Origin: Eledone cirrhosa | Lineage: Eukaryota | Reading direction: 5' to 3' | NCBI GenBank assembly: GCA_964016885.1 | Contig: OZ024741.1 | Coordinates: 415,958,001 to 416,022,000, forward strand | Length of the DNA: 64,000 nt | Part shown: positions 13,501-26,900 of the stretch, one piece after another | How positions within the stretch are numbered: position 1 is the stretch's first letter | Layout of the letters: every line of letters starts with the position of its first letter | The notes under the pieces: generated by a model | The model's database searches: none | Seen by the model: only the letters and a program-made list of their open reading frames with translations | What the model was told of the DNA's origin: nothing | Translations under genes and position numbers: made by a program

Positions 13501-16500
13501 GGGTCTCTGTTATATTAACTGGGGTATGTTATATTAACTGGGGTCTCTGTTATATTAACTGGGGCCTCTGTTATATTAAGTGGGGTATGTTATATTAACT
13601 GGGGCCTCTGTTATATTAACTGGGGTATGTTATATTAACTGGGGTCTCTGTTATATTAACTGGGGCCTCTGTTATATTAAGTGGGGTATGTTATATTAAC
13701 TGGGGCCTCTGTTATATTAACTGGGGTCTCTGTTATATTAACTGGGGTGTCTGTTATATTAACTGGGGTATGTTATATTAACTGGGGCCTCTGTCATATT
13801 AACTGGGGCCTCTATTATAGTAACTGGGATCTCTGTTATGTTAACTGGGGTCTCTTTTATATTAACTGGGTTCTGTTATTAACTGGGGCCTCTATTATAT
13901 TAACTTAGGTATCTGTTATATTAACTGGGGTCTGCTATATTAACTGGGGTCTCTGTTATATTAACTGGGGTCTCTGTTATATTAACTGGGGCCTCTGTTA
14001 TAATAACTGAGGTCTCTGTTATATTGACTGGGGTCTCTGTTATATTAACTGGGGCCTCTATTATATTAACTGGGGTCGCTGTTATATTAATTGGGGTCTC
14101 TGTTATATTAACTGGGGTCTCTGTTATATTAAATGGGGCCTCTATTATATTAACTGGGGCCTCTGTTATCTTAACTGGGGTCTCTGTTATATTAACTGGG
14201 GTCTCTGTTATATTAACTAGGGCCTCTATTATATTAACTGGGGCCTCTGTTATATTAACTGGGGTCTCTGTTATATTAACTGGGTTCAGTTATATTAACT
14301 GGGGCCTCTGTTATATTAACTGGGGCCTCTGTTATATTAACTGGGGCCTCTGTTATATTAACTGGGGTCTCTGTCATGTTAACTGGGGTATGTTATATTA
14401 ACTGGGACCTCTGTTATATTAACTGGGGCCTCTATTATAGTAACTGGGCCTCTGTTATATTAACTGGGGTCTCTGTTATATTAACTGGGGTCTCTGTTAT
14501 ATTAACTGGGGTCTCTATTATATTAACTGTGGTCTCTGTTATATTAACTGGCGTCTGTTATTAACTGGGGCCTCTATTATATTAACTGAGGTCTCTGTTA
14601 TATTAACTGGGGTCTGTTATTAACTGGGGCCTCTATTATATTAACTGAGTTCTCTGTTATATTAAGTGGGGTCTGTTATTAACTGGGGCCGCTATTACAT
14701 TAACTGAGGTTTCTGTTATATTAACTGGGGTCTGTTATTAACTGGGGCCTCTATTATATTAACTGGGGTCTCTGTTATATTAACTGGCGTCTCTGTTATA
14801 TTAACTGGGGTCTGTTATATTAACTGGGGTCTCTGTTATATTATCTGGGTTCTCTGTTATATTAACTAGGGTCTGTTATCTTAACTGAGGTCTGTGTTAT
14901 ATTAACTGGGGTCTGTTATATTAACTGGGGTCTCTGTTTTATTAACTGGGGTCTGTTATCTTAACTGGGTTCTCTGTTATATTAACTGGGGTCTCTGTTA
15001 TACTAACTGGGGTCTGTTATTAACTGGGGCCTCTATTATATTAACTGAGGTCTCTGTTATATTAAATGGAGTCTCTGTTATATTAACTGGGGTCTCTGTT
15101 ATATTAAATGGTGTCTCTGTTATATTAACTGGGGTCTCTGTTATATTAACTGGGGTCTCTGTTATATTAACTGGGGCCTCTGTTATATTAACTGAGGTCT
15201 CTGTTATATTAACTGGGGTCTCTGTTATATTAACTGGGGCCTCTATTTTATTAACTGGGGTCGCTGTTATATTAATTGGGGTCTCTGTTATATTAAGTGG
15301 GGTCTCTGTTATATTAAATGGGGCCTCTGTTATATTAAATGGGGCCTCTATTATATTAACTGGGGTCTCTGTTATATTAACTGGGGTCTTTGTTATATTA
15401 ACTAGGGCCTCTATTATATTAACTGGGGCCTCTGTTATATTAACTGGGGTCTCTGTTATATTAACTGGGTTCAGTTATATTAACTGGGGCCTCTGTTATA
15501 TTAACTGGGGCCTCTGTTATATTAACTGGGGCCTCTGTTATATTAACTGGGGTCTCTGTTATATTAACTGGGGTCTCTGTTATATTAACTGGGGTATGTT
15601 ATATTAACAGGGGCCTCTGTTATATTAACTGGGGCCTCTATTATAGTAACTGGGGCCTCTGTTATATTAACTGGGGTCTCTGTTATATTAACTTGGGTCT
15701 CTGTTATATTAACTTGGGTCTCTATTATATTAACTGGGGTCTCTGTTATATTAACAGGGGTCTCTGTTATATTAACTGTGGTCTCTGTTGTATAAACTGG
15801 GGTCTCTGTTATATGAACTGGGGTCTCTGTTATATTAACTGGGGTCTCTATTATTTTATCTGGGGTCTCTGTTATATTAACTGGGGTCTCTGTTATATTA
15901 ACTGGGGCCTCTGTTATATTAAGTGGGGTATGTTATGTTGACTGGGGTCTCTATTATATTAACTGGGGTCTGTATTATATTAACTGGGGCCTCTGTTATA
16001 TTAACTGGGGCCTCTGTTATATTAACTGGGGTATGTTATATTAACTGGGGCCCTTATATTAACACGGTCCTCTATTATATTAACTGGGGTCTCTGTTATA
16101 TTAACTGGGGCCTCTATTATATTAACTGGGGCCTCTATTATATTAACTGGGGTCTCTGTTATATTAACTGGGGTATGTTATATTAACTGGGGCCTCTATT
16201 ATATTAACTGGGGACTCTGTTATATTAACTGGGGTCTCTGTTATATTAACTGGTGTATGTTATATTGACTGGGGCCTCTATTATATTAACTGGGGACTCT
16301 GTTATATTAACTGGGGTCTCTGTTATATTAACTGGGGTCTCTGTTATAATAACTGGGGTCTCTATTATATTAACTGGGGTCTCTGTTATATTAACTGGGG
16401 TCTCTGTTATATTAAATGGGGTCTCTGTTATATTAACTGGGGTCTCTGTTATATTAACTGGGGCCTCTATTATATTAACTTGGGCCTCTATTATATTAAC

Positions 16501-19500
16501 TGGGGCTTCTATTATATTAACTGGGGCCTCTATTATATTAACTGGGGCCTCTGTTATATTAACTGGGGTCTCTGTTATATTAACTGGGGTCTCTGTTATA
16601 TTAACTGGGGTCTCTGTTATATTTACTGGGGCCTCTGTTATATTAAGTGGGGTATGTTATATTAACTGGGGCCTCTGTTATATTAACTGGGGTATGTTAT
16701 ATTAACTGGGGTCTCTGTTATATTAACTGGGGTCTCTGTTATATTAACTGGGGTGTCTGTTATATTAACTGGGGTATGTTATATTAACTGGGGCCTCTGT
16801 CATATTAACTGGGGCCTCTATTATAGTAACTGGGATCTCTGTTATGTTAACTGGGGTCTCTTTTATATTAACTGGGTTCTGTTATTAACTGGGGCCTCTA
16901 TTATATTAACTTAGGTATCTGTTATATTAACTGGGGTCTGCTATATTAACTAGGGTCTCTGTTATATTAACTGGGGTCTCTGTTATATTAACTGGGGCCT
17001 CTGTTATAATAACTGAGGTCTCTGTTATATTGACTGGGGTCTCTGTTATATTAACTGGGGCCTCTATTATATTAACTGGGGTCGCTGTTATATTAATTGG
17101 GGTCTCTGTTATATTAACTGGGGTCTCTGTTATATTAAATGGGGCCTCTATTATATTAACTGGGGCCTCTGTTATCTTAACTGGGGTCTCTGTTATATTA
17201 ACTGGGGTCTCTGTTATATTAACTAGGGCCTCTATTATATTAACTGGGGCCTCTGTTATATTAACTGGGGTCTCTGTTATATTAACTGGGTTCAGTTATA
17301 TTAACTGGGGCCTCTGTTATATTAACTGGGGCCTCTGTTATATTAACTGGGGCCTCTGTTATATTAACTGGGGTCTCTGTCATGTTAACTGGGGTATGTT
17401 ATATTAACTGGGACCTCTGTTATATTAACTGGGGCCTCTATTATAGTAACTGGGCCTCTGTTATATTAACTGGGGTCTCTGTTATATTAACTGGGGTCTC
17501 TGTTATATTAACTGGGGTCTCTATTATATTAACTGAGGTCTCTGTTATATTAACTGGCGTCTGTTATTAACTGGGGCCTCTATTATATTAACTGAGGTCT
17601 CTGTTATATTAACTGGGGTCTGTTATTAACTGGGGCCTCTATTATATTAACTGAGTTCTCTGTTATATTAAGTGGGGTCTGTTATTAACTGGGGCCGCTA
17701 TTACATTAACTGAGGTTTCTGTTATATTAACTGGGGTCTGTTATTAACTGGGGCCTCTATTATATTAACTGGGGTCTCTGTTATATTAACTGGCGTCTCT
17801 GTTATATTAACTGGGGTCTGTTATATTAACTGGGGTCTCTGTTATATTATCTGGGTTCTCTGTTATATTAACTAGGGTCTGTTATCTTAACTGAGGTCTG
17901 TGTTATATTAACTGGGGTCTGTTATATTAACTGGGGTCTCTGTTTTATTAACTGGGGTCTGTTATCTTAACTGGGTTCTATGTTATATTAACTGGGGTCT
18001 CTGTTATACTAACTGGGGTCTGTTATTAACTGGGGCCTCTATTATATTAACTGAGGTCTCTGTTATATTAAATGGAGTCTCTGTTATACTAACTGGGGTC
18101 TCTGTTATATTAAATGGTGTCTCTGTTATATTAACTGGGGTCTCTGTTATATTAACTGGGGTCTCTGTTATATTAACTGGGGCCTCTGTTATATTAACTG
18201 AGGTCTCTGTTATATGAACTGGGGTCTCTGTTATATTAACTGGGGCCTCTATTTTATTAACTGGGGTCGCTGTTATATTAATTGGGGTCTCTGTTATATT
18301 AAGTGGGGTCTCTGTTATATTAAATGGGGCCTCTGTCATATTAAATGGGGCCTCTATTATATTAACTGGGGTCTCTGTTATATTAACTGGGGTCTTTGTT
18401 ATATTAACTAGGGCCTCTATTATATTAACTGGGGCCTCTGTTATATTAACTGGGGCCTCTGTTATATTAACTGGGGCCTCTGTTATATTAACTGGGGTCT
18501 CTGTTATATTAACTGGGGTCTCTGTTATATTAACTGGGGTATGTTATATTAACAGGGGCCTCTGTTATATTAACTGGGGCCTCTATTATAGTAACTGGGG
18601 CCTCTGTTATATTAACTGGGGTCTCTGTTATATTAACTTGGGTCTCTGTTATATTAACTTGGGTCTCTATTATATTAACTGGGGTCTCTGTTATATTAAC
18701 AGGGGTCTCTGTTATATTAACTGTGGTCTCTGTTGTATAAACTGGGGTCTCTGTTATATGAACTGGGGTCTCTGTTATATTAACTGGGGTCTCTATTATT
18801 TTATCTGGGGTCTCTGTTATATTAACTGGGGTCTCTGTTATATTAACTGGGGCCTCTGTTATATTAAGTGGGGTATGTTATGTTGACTGGGGTCTCTATT
18901 ATATTAACTGGGGTCTGTATTATATTAACTGGGGCCTCTGTTATATTAACTGGGGCCTCTGTTATATTAACTGGGGTCTGTTATATTAACTGGGGTCTCT
19001 GTTTTATTAACTGGGGTCTGTTATCTTAACTGGGTTCTCTGTTATATTAACTGGGGTCTCTGTTATACTAACTGGGGTCTGTTATTAACTGGGGCCTCTA
19101 TTATATTAACTGAGGTCTCTGTTATATTAAATGGAGTCTCTGTTATATTAACTGGGGTCTCTGTTATATTAAATGGTGTCTCTGTTATATTAACTGGGGT
19201 CTCTGTTATATTAACTGGGGTCTCTGTTATATTAACTGGGGCCTCTGTTATATTAACTGAGGTCTCTGTTATATTAACTGGGGTCTCTGTTATATTAACT
19301 GGGGCCTCTATTTTATTAACTGGGGTCGCTGTTATATTAATTGGGGTCTCTGTTATATTAAGTGGGGTCTCTGTTATATTAAATGGGGCCTCTGTTATAT
19401 TAAATGGGGCCTCTATTATATTAACTGGGGTCTCTGTTATATTAACTGGGGTCTTTGTTATATTAACTAGGGCCTCTATTATATTAACTGGGGCCTCTGT

Positions 19501-22500
19501 TATATTAACTGGGGTCTCTGTTATATTAACTGGGTTCAGTTATATTAACTGGGGCCTCTGTTATATTAACTGGGGCCTCTGTTATATTAACTGGGGCCTC
19601 TGTTATATTAACTGGGGTCTCTGTTATATTAACTGGGGTCTCTGTTATATTAACTGGGGTATGTTATATTAACAGGGGCCTCTGTTATATTAACTGGGGC
19701 CTCTATTATAGTAACTGGGGCCTCTGTTATATTAACTGGGGTCTCTGTTATATTAACTTGGGTCTCTGTTATATTAACTTGGGTCTCTATTATATTAACT
19801 GGGGTCTCTGTTATATTAACAGGGGTCTCTGTTATATTAACTGTGGTCTCTGTTGTATAAACTGGGGTCTCTGTTATATGAACTGGGGTCTCTGTTATAT
19901 TAACTGGGGTCTCTATTATTTTATCTGGGGTCTCTGTTATATTAACTGGGGTCTCTGTTATATTAACTGGGGCCTCTGTTATATTAAGTGGGGTATGTTA
20001 TGTTGACTGGGGTCTCTATTATATTAACTGGGGTCTGTATTATATTAACTGGGGCCTCTGTTATATTAACTGGGGCCTCTGTTATATTAACTGGGGTATG
20101 TTATATTAACTGGGGCCCTTATATTAACACGGTCCTCTATTATATTAACTGGGGTCTCTGTTATATTAACTGGGGCCTCTATTATATTAACTGGGGCCTC
20201 TATTATATTAACTGGGGTCTCTGTTATATTAACTGGGGTATGTTATATTAACTGGGGCCTCTATTATATTAACTGGGGACTCTGTTATATTAACTGGGGT
20301 CTCTGTTATATTAACTGGTGTATGTTATATTGACTGGGGCCTCTATTATATTAACTGGGGACTCTGTTATATTAACTGGGGTCTCTGTTATATTAACTGG
20401 GGTCTCTGTTATAATAACTGGGGTCTCTATTATATTAACTGGGGTCTCTGTTATATTAACTGGGGTCTCTGTTATATTAAATGGGGTCTCTGTCATATTA
20501 ACTGGGGTCTCTGTTATATTAACTGGGGCCTCTATTATATTAACTTGGGCCTCTATTATATTAACTGGGGCTTCTATTATATTAACTGGGGCCTCTATTA
20601 TATTAACTGGGGCCTCTGTTATATTAACTGGGGTCTCTGTTATATTAACTGGGGTCTCTGTTATATTAACTGGGGTCTCTGTTATATTTACTGGGGCCTC
20701 TGTTATATTAAGTGGGGTATGTTATATTAACTGGGGCCTCTGTTATATTAACTGGGGTATGTTATATTAACTGGGGTCTCTGTTATATTAACTGGGGTCT
20801 CTGTTATATTAACTGGGGTGTCTGTTATATTAACTGGGGTATGTTATATTAACTGGGGCCTCTGTCATATTAACTGGGGCCTCTATTATAGTAACTGGGA
20901 TCTCTGTTATGTTAACTGGGGTCTCTTTTATATTAACTGGGTTCTGTTATTAACTGGGGCCTCTATTATATTAACTTAGGTATCTGTTATATTAATTGGG
21001 GTCTCTGTTATCTTAACTGGTGTCTCTGTTATATTAACTGGGGTCTCTGTTATATTAACTAGGGCCTCTATTATATTAACTGGGGCCTCTGTTATATTAA
21101 CTGGGGTCTCTGTTATATTAACTGGGTTCAGTTATATTAACTGGGGCCTCTGTTATATTAACTGGGGCCTCTGTTATATTAACTGGGGCCTCTGTTATAT
21201 TAACTGGGGTCTCTGTCATGTTAACTGGGGTATGTTATATTAACTGGGACCTCTGTTATATTAACTGGGGCCTCTATTATAGTAACTGGGCCTCTGTTAT
21301 ATTAACTGGGGTCTCTGTTATATTAACTGGGGTCTCTGTTATATTAACTGGGGTCTCTATTATATTAACTGAGGTCTCTGTTATATTAACTGGCGTCTGT
21401 TATTAACTGGGGCCTCTATTATATTAACTGAGGTCTCTGTTATATTAACTGGGGTCTGTTATTTACTGGGGCCTCTATTATATTAACTGAGTTCTCTGTT
21501 ATATTAAGTGGGGTCTGTTATTAACTGGGGCCGCTATTACATTAACTGAGGTTTCTGTTATATTAACTGGGGTCTGTTATTAACTGGGGCCTCTATTATA
21601 TTAACTGGGGTCTCTGTTATATTAACTGGCGTCTCTGTTATATTAACTGGGGTCTGTTATATTAACTGGGGTCTCTGTTATATTATCTGGGTTCTCTGTT
21701 ATATTAACTAGGGTCTGTTATCTTAACTGAGGTCTGTGTTATATTAACTGGGGTCTGTTATATTAACTGGGGTCTCTGTTTTATTAACTGGGGTCTGTTA
21801 TCTTAACTGGGTTCTATGTTATATTAACTGGGGTCTCTGTTATACTAACTGGGGTCTGTTATTAACTGGGGCCTCTATTATATTAACTGAGGTCTCTGTT
21901 ATATTAAATGGAGTCTCTGTTATACTAACTGGGGTCTCTGTTATATTAAATGGTGTCTCTGTTATATTAACTGGGGTCTCTGTTATATTAACTGGGGTCT
22001 CTGTTATATTAACTGGGGCCTCTGTTATATTAACTGAGGTCTCTGTTATATTAACTGGGGTCTCTGTTATATTAACTGGGGCCTCTATTTTATTAACTGG
22101 GGTCGCTGTTATATTAATTGGGGTCTCTGTTATATTAAGTGGGGTCTCTGTTATATTAAATGGGGCCTCTGTCATATTAAATGGGGCCTCTATTATATTA
22201 ACTGGGGTCTCTGTTATATTAACTGGGGTCTTTGTTATATTAACTAGGGCCTCTATTATATTAACTGGGGCCTCTGTTATATTAACTGGGGCCTCTGTTA
22301 TATTAACTGGGGCCTCTGTTATATTAACTGGGGTCTCTGTTATATTAACTGGGGTCTCTGTTATATTAACTGGGGTATGTTATATTAACAGGGGCCTCTG
22401 TTATATTAACTGGGGCCTCTATTATAGTAACTGGGGCCTCTGTTATATTAACTGGGGTCTCTGTTATATTAACTTGGGTCTCTGTTATATTAACTTGGGT

Positions 22501-23900
22501 CTCTATTATATTAACTGGGGTCTCTGTTATATTAACAGGGGTCTCTGTTATATTAACTGTGGTCTCTGTTGTATAAACTGGGGTCTCTGTTATATGAACT
22601 GGGGTCTCTGTTATATTAACTGGGGTCTCTATTATTTTATCTGGGGTCTCTGTTATATTAACTGGGGTCTCTGTTATATTAACTGGGGCCTCTGTTATAT
22701 TAAGTGGGGTATGTTATGTTGACTGGGGTCTCTATTATATTAACTGGGGTCTGTATTATATTAACTGGGGCCTCTGTTATATTAACTGGGGCCTCTGTTA
22801 TATTAACTGGGGTATGTTATATTAACTGGGGCCCTTATATTAACAGGGTCCTCTATTATATTAACTGGGGTCTCTGTTATATTAACTGGGGCCTCTATTA
22901 TATTAACTGGGGCCTCTATTATATTAACTGGGGTCTCTGTTATATTAACTGGGGTATGTTATATTAACTGGGGCCTCTATTATATTAACTGGGGACTCTG
23001 TTATATTAACTGGGGTCTCTGTTATATTAACTGGTGTATGTTATATTGACTGGGGCCTCTATTATATTAACTGGGGACTCTGTTATATTAACTGGGGTCT
23101 CTGTTATATTAACTGGGGTCTCTGTTATAATAACTGGGGTCTCTATTATATTAACTGGGGTCTCTGTTATATTAACTGGGGTCTCTGTTATATTAAATGG
23201 GGTCTCTGTTATATTAACTGGGGTCTCTGTTATATTAACTGGGGCCTCTATTATATTAACTTGGGCCTCTATTATATTAACTGGGGCTTCTATTATATTA
23301 ACTGGGGCCTCTATTATATTAACTGGGGCCTCTGTTATATTAACTGGGGTCTCTGTTATATTAACTGGGGTCTCTGTTATATTAACTGGGGTATGTTATA
23401 TTAACTGGGGTCTCTGTTATATTAACTGGGGCCTCTGTTATATTAAGTGGGGTATGTTATATTAACTGGGGCCTCTGTTATATTAACTGGGGTATGTTAT
23501 ATTAACTGGGGTCTCTGTTATATTAACTGGGGCCTCTGTTATATTAAGTGGGGTATGTTATATTAACTGGGGCCTCTGTTATATTAACTGGGGCCTCTGT
23601 TATATTAACTGGGGCCTCTGTTATATTAACTGGGGCCTCTGTTATATTAACTGGGGCCTCTGTTATATTAACTGGGGTCTCTGTTATATTAACTGGGGTG
23701 TCTGTTATATTAACTGGGGTATGTTATATTAACTGGGGCCTCTGTCATATTAACTGGGGCCTCTATTATAGTAACTGGGATCTCTGTTATGTTAACTGGG
23801 GTCTCTTTTATATTAACTGGGTTCTGTTATTAACTGGGGCCTCTATTATATTAACTTAGGTATGTGTTATATTAACTGGGGTCTGCTATATTAACTGGGG
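7600..23900 (+). repeat. Higher-order repeat domain B: about five variable-length (~3.0-3.8 kb) copies of a shared monomer string
   Basis: The marker GGGGCCGCTATTACATTAAC occurs at ~8494, 11497, 14689, 17695 and 21531 (spacings 3003, 3192, 3006, 3836). Identical ORF translations start at 10832/14024/17030 and at 15693/18638/19758/22474. Confidence 0.88.
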
Positions 23901-26900
23901 TCTCTGTTATATTAACTGGGGTCTCTGTTATATTAACTGGGTTCTCTGTTATATTAACTGGGGTCTGTTATATTAACTGGGGCCTCTGTTATATTAACTG
24001 AGGTCTCTGTTATATTAACTGGGGTCTCTGTTATATTAACTGGCGTATGTTATATTAACTGGGGTCTCTGTTATATTAACTGGGGTATGTAATATTAACT
24101 GGGGCCTCTGTTATATTAACTGGGGCCTCTATTATATTAACTGGGGCCTCTGTTATATCAACTGGGGTCTCTGTTATATTAACTGGGGTCTCTGTTATAT
24201 TAACTGGGGTATGTTATATTAACTGGGGCCTCTGTTATATTAACTGGGGCCTCTATTATATTAACTGGGGCCTCTGTTATATTAACTGGGGTCTCTGTTA
24301 TATTAACTGGGGTCTCTGTTATATTAACTAGGGTTTCTGTTATATTAACTGGGGTCTCTGTTATATTAACTGGGGTCTCGGTTATATTAACTGGGGCCTC
24401 TGTTATATTAATTGGGGCCTCTATTATATTTACTGGGGTCTGTTATATTAACTGGGGTCTCTGTTATATTTACTGGGGTCTCTGTAATATTAACTGGGGC
24501 CTCTGTTATATTAACTGGGGTCTCTGTTATATTAACTGGGGTCTCTGTTATATTAACTGGCGTATGTTATATTAACTGGGGTCTCTGTTATATTAACTGG
24601 GGTATGTTATATTCACAGGGGCCTCTGTTATGTTAACTGGGGCCTCTATTATAGTAACTGGGGCCTCTGTTATATTAACTGGGGTCTCTGTTATATTAAC
24701 TGGGGTCTCTGTTATATTAACTGGGGTTTCTGTTATATTAACTGGGGTCTCTGTTATATTAACTGGGGTCTCTGTAATATTAACTGGGGTCTCTGTTATA
24801 TTTACTGGGGTCTCTGTAATATTAACTGGGGCCTCTGTTATATTACCTGGGGTCTCTGTTATATTAACTGGGGTCTCTGTTATATTAACTGGGGTCTCTG
24901 TTATATTAACTGGGATCTCTGTTATATTAACTGGCGTATGTTATATTAACTGGGGTCTCCGTTATATTAACTGGGGTCTCTGTTATATTAACTGGGGTAT
25001 GTTATATTAACAGGGGTCTCTGTTATATTAACTGGGGTCTCTGTTATATTAACTGGGGTCTCTATTATATTAACTGGGGTCTCTGTTATATTAACAGGGG
25101 TCTCTGTTATATTAACTGCAGTCTCTGTTATATTAACTGGGGTCTCTGTTATATTAACTGGGGTCTCTGTTATATTAACTGGGGTCTCTGTTATATTAAC
25201 TGGTGTCTCTGTTATATTAACTGGGGCCTCTGTTATATTAAGTGGGGTATGTTATATTAACTGGGCTCTTGTTATATTAACAGGGGCCTCTATTATATTA
25301 ACTGGGGTCTCTGTTATATTAACTGGGGCCTCTATTATATTAACTGGGGCCTCTATTATATTAACTGGGGACTCTGTTATATTAACTGGGGTCTCTGTTA
25401 TATTAACTGGTGTATGTTATATTAACTGGGGCCTCTATTATATTAACTGGGGACTCTGTTATATTAACTGGGGTCTCTGTTATATTAACTGGGGTCTCTG
25501 TTATATTAACTGGGGTCTCTATTATATTAACTTGGGTCTCTGTTATATTAACTGGGGTCTCTGTTATATTAAATGGGGCCTCTATTATATTAACTGGGGT
25601 CTCTGTTATATTAACTGGGGTCTCTGTTATATTAACTGGGGTATGTTATATTAACTGGGGCCTCTGTTATATTAACTGGGGCCTCTATTATATTAACTGG
25701 GGCCTCTGTTATATTAACTGGGGTCTCTGTTATATTAACTGGGGTCTCTATTATATTATCTGGGGTCTCTGTTATATTAACTGGTGTATGTTATATTAAC
25801 TGGGGCCCTTGTTACATTAACAGGGGCCTCTATTATATTAACTGGGGTCTCTGTTATATTAACTGGGGCCTCTATTATATTAACTGGGGCCTCTATTATA
25901 TTAACTGGGGCCTCTATTATATTAACTGGGGCTTCTATTATATTAACTGGGGCCTCTGTTATATTAACTGGGGCCTCTGTTATATTAACTGGGGTCTCTG
26001 TTATATTAACTGGGGTCTCTGTTATATTAACTGGGGTATGTTATATTAACTGGGGTCTCTGTTATATTAACTGGGGCCTCTGTTATATTAAGTGGGGTAT
26101 GTTATATTAACTGGGGTCTCTGTTATATTAACTGGGGCCTCTATTATATTAACTGGGGTCTCTGTTATATTAACTGGGGCCTCTGTTATATTAAGTGGGG
26201 TATGTTATATTAACTGGGGCCTCTGTTATATTAACTGGGGTATCTGTTATATTAAGTGGGGTATGTTATATTCACTGGGGCCTCTGTTATATTAACTGGG
26301 GCCTCTGTTATATTAAGTGGGGTATGTTATATTAACTGGGGTCTCTGTTATATTAACTGGGGCCTCTGTTATATTAACTGGGTTCAGTTATATTAACTGG
26401 GGCCTCTGTTATATTAACTGGGGCCTCTGTTATATTAACTGGGGCCTCTGTTATATTAACTGGGGCCTCTGTTATATTAACTGGGGTCTCTGTTATATTA
26501 ACTGGGGTGTCTGTTATATTAACTGGGGAATGTTATATTAACTGGGGCCTCTTTCATATTAACTGGGGCCTCTATTATAGTAACTGGGGTCTCTGTTATG
26601 TTAACTGGGGTCTCTGTTATATTAACTGGGTTCTGTTATTAACTGGGGCCTCTATTATATTAACTGAGGTATCTGTTATATTAACTGGGGTCTGCTATAT
26701 TAACTGGGGTCTCTGTTATATTAACTGGGGTCTCTGTTATATTAACTGGGTTCTCTGTTATATTAACTGGGGTCTGTTATATTAACTGGGGCCTCTATTA
26801 TATTAACTGAGGTTTCTGTTATATTAACTGGGGTCTCTGTTATATTAACTGGCGTATGTTATATTAACTGGGGCCTCTGTTATATTAACTGGGGCCTCTA

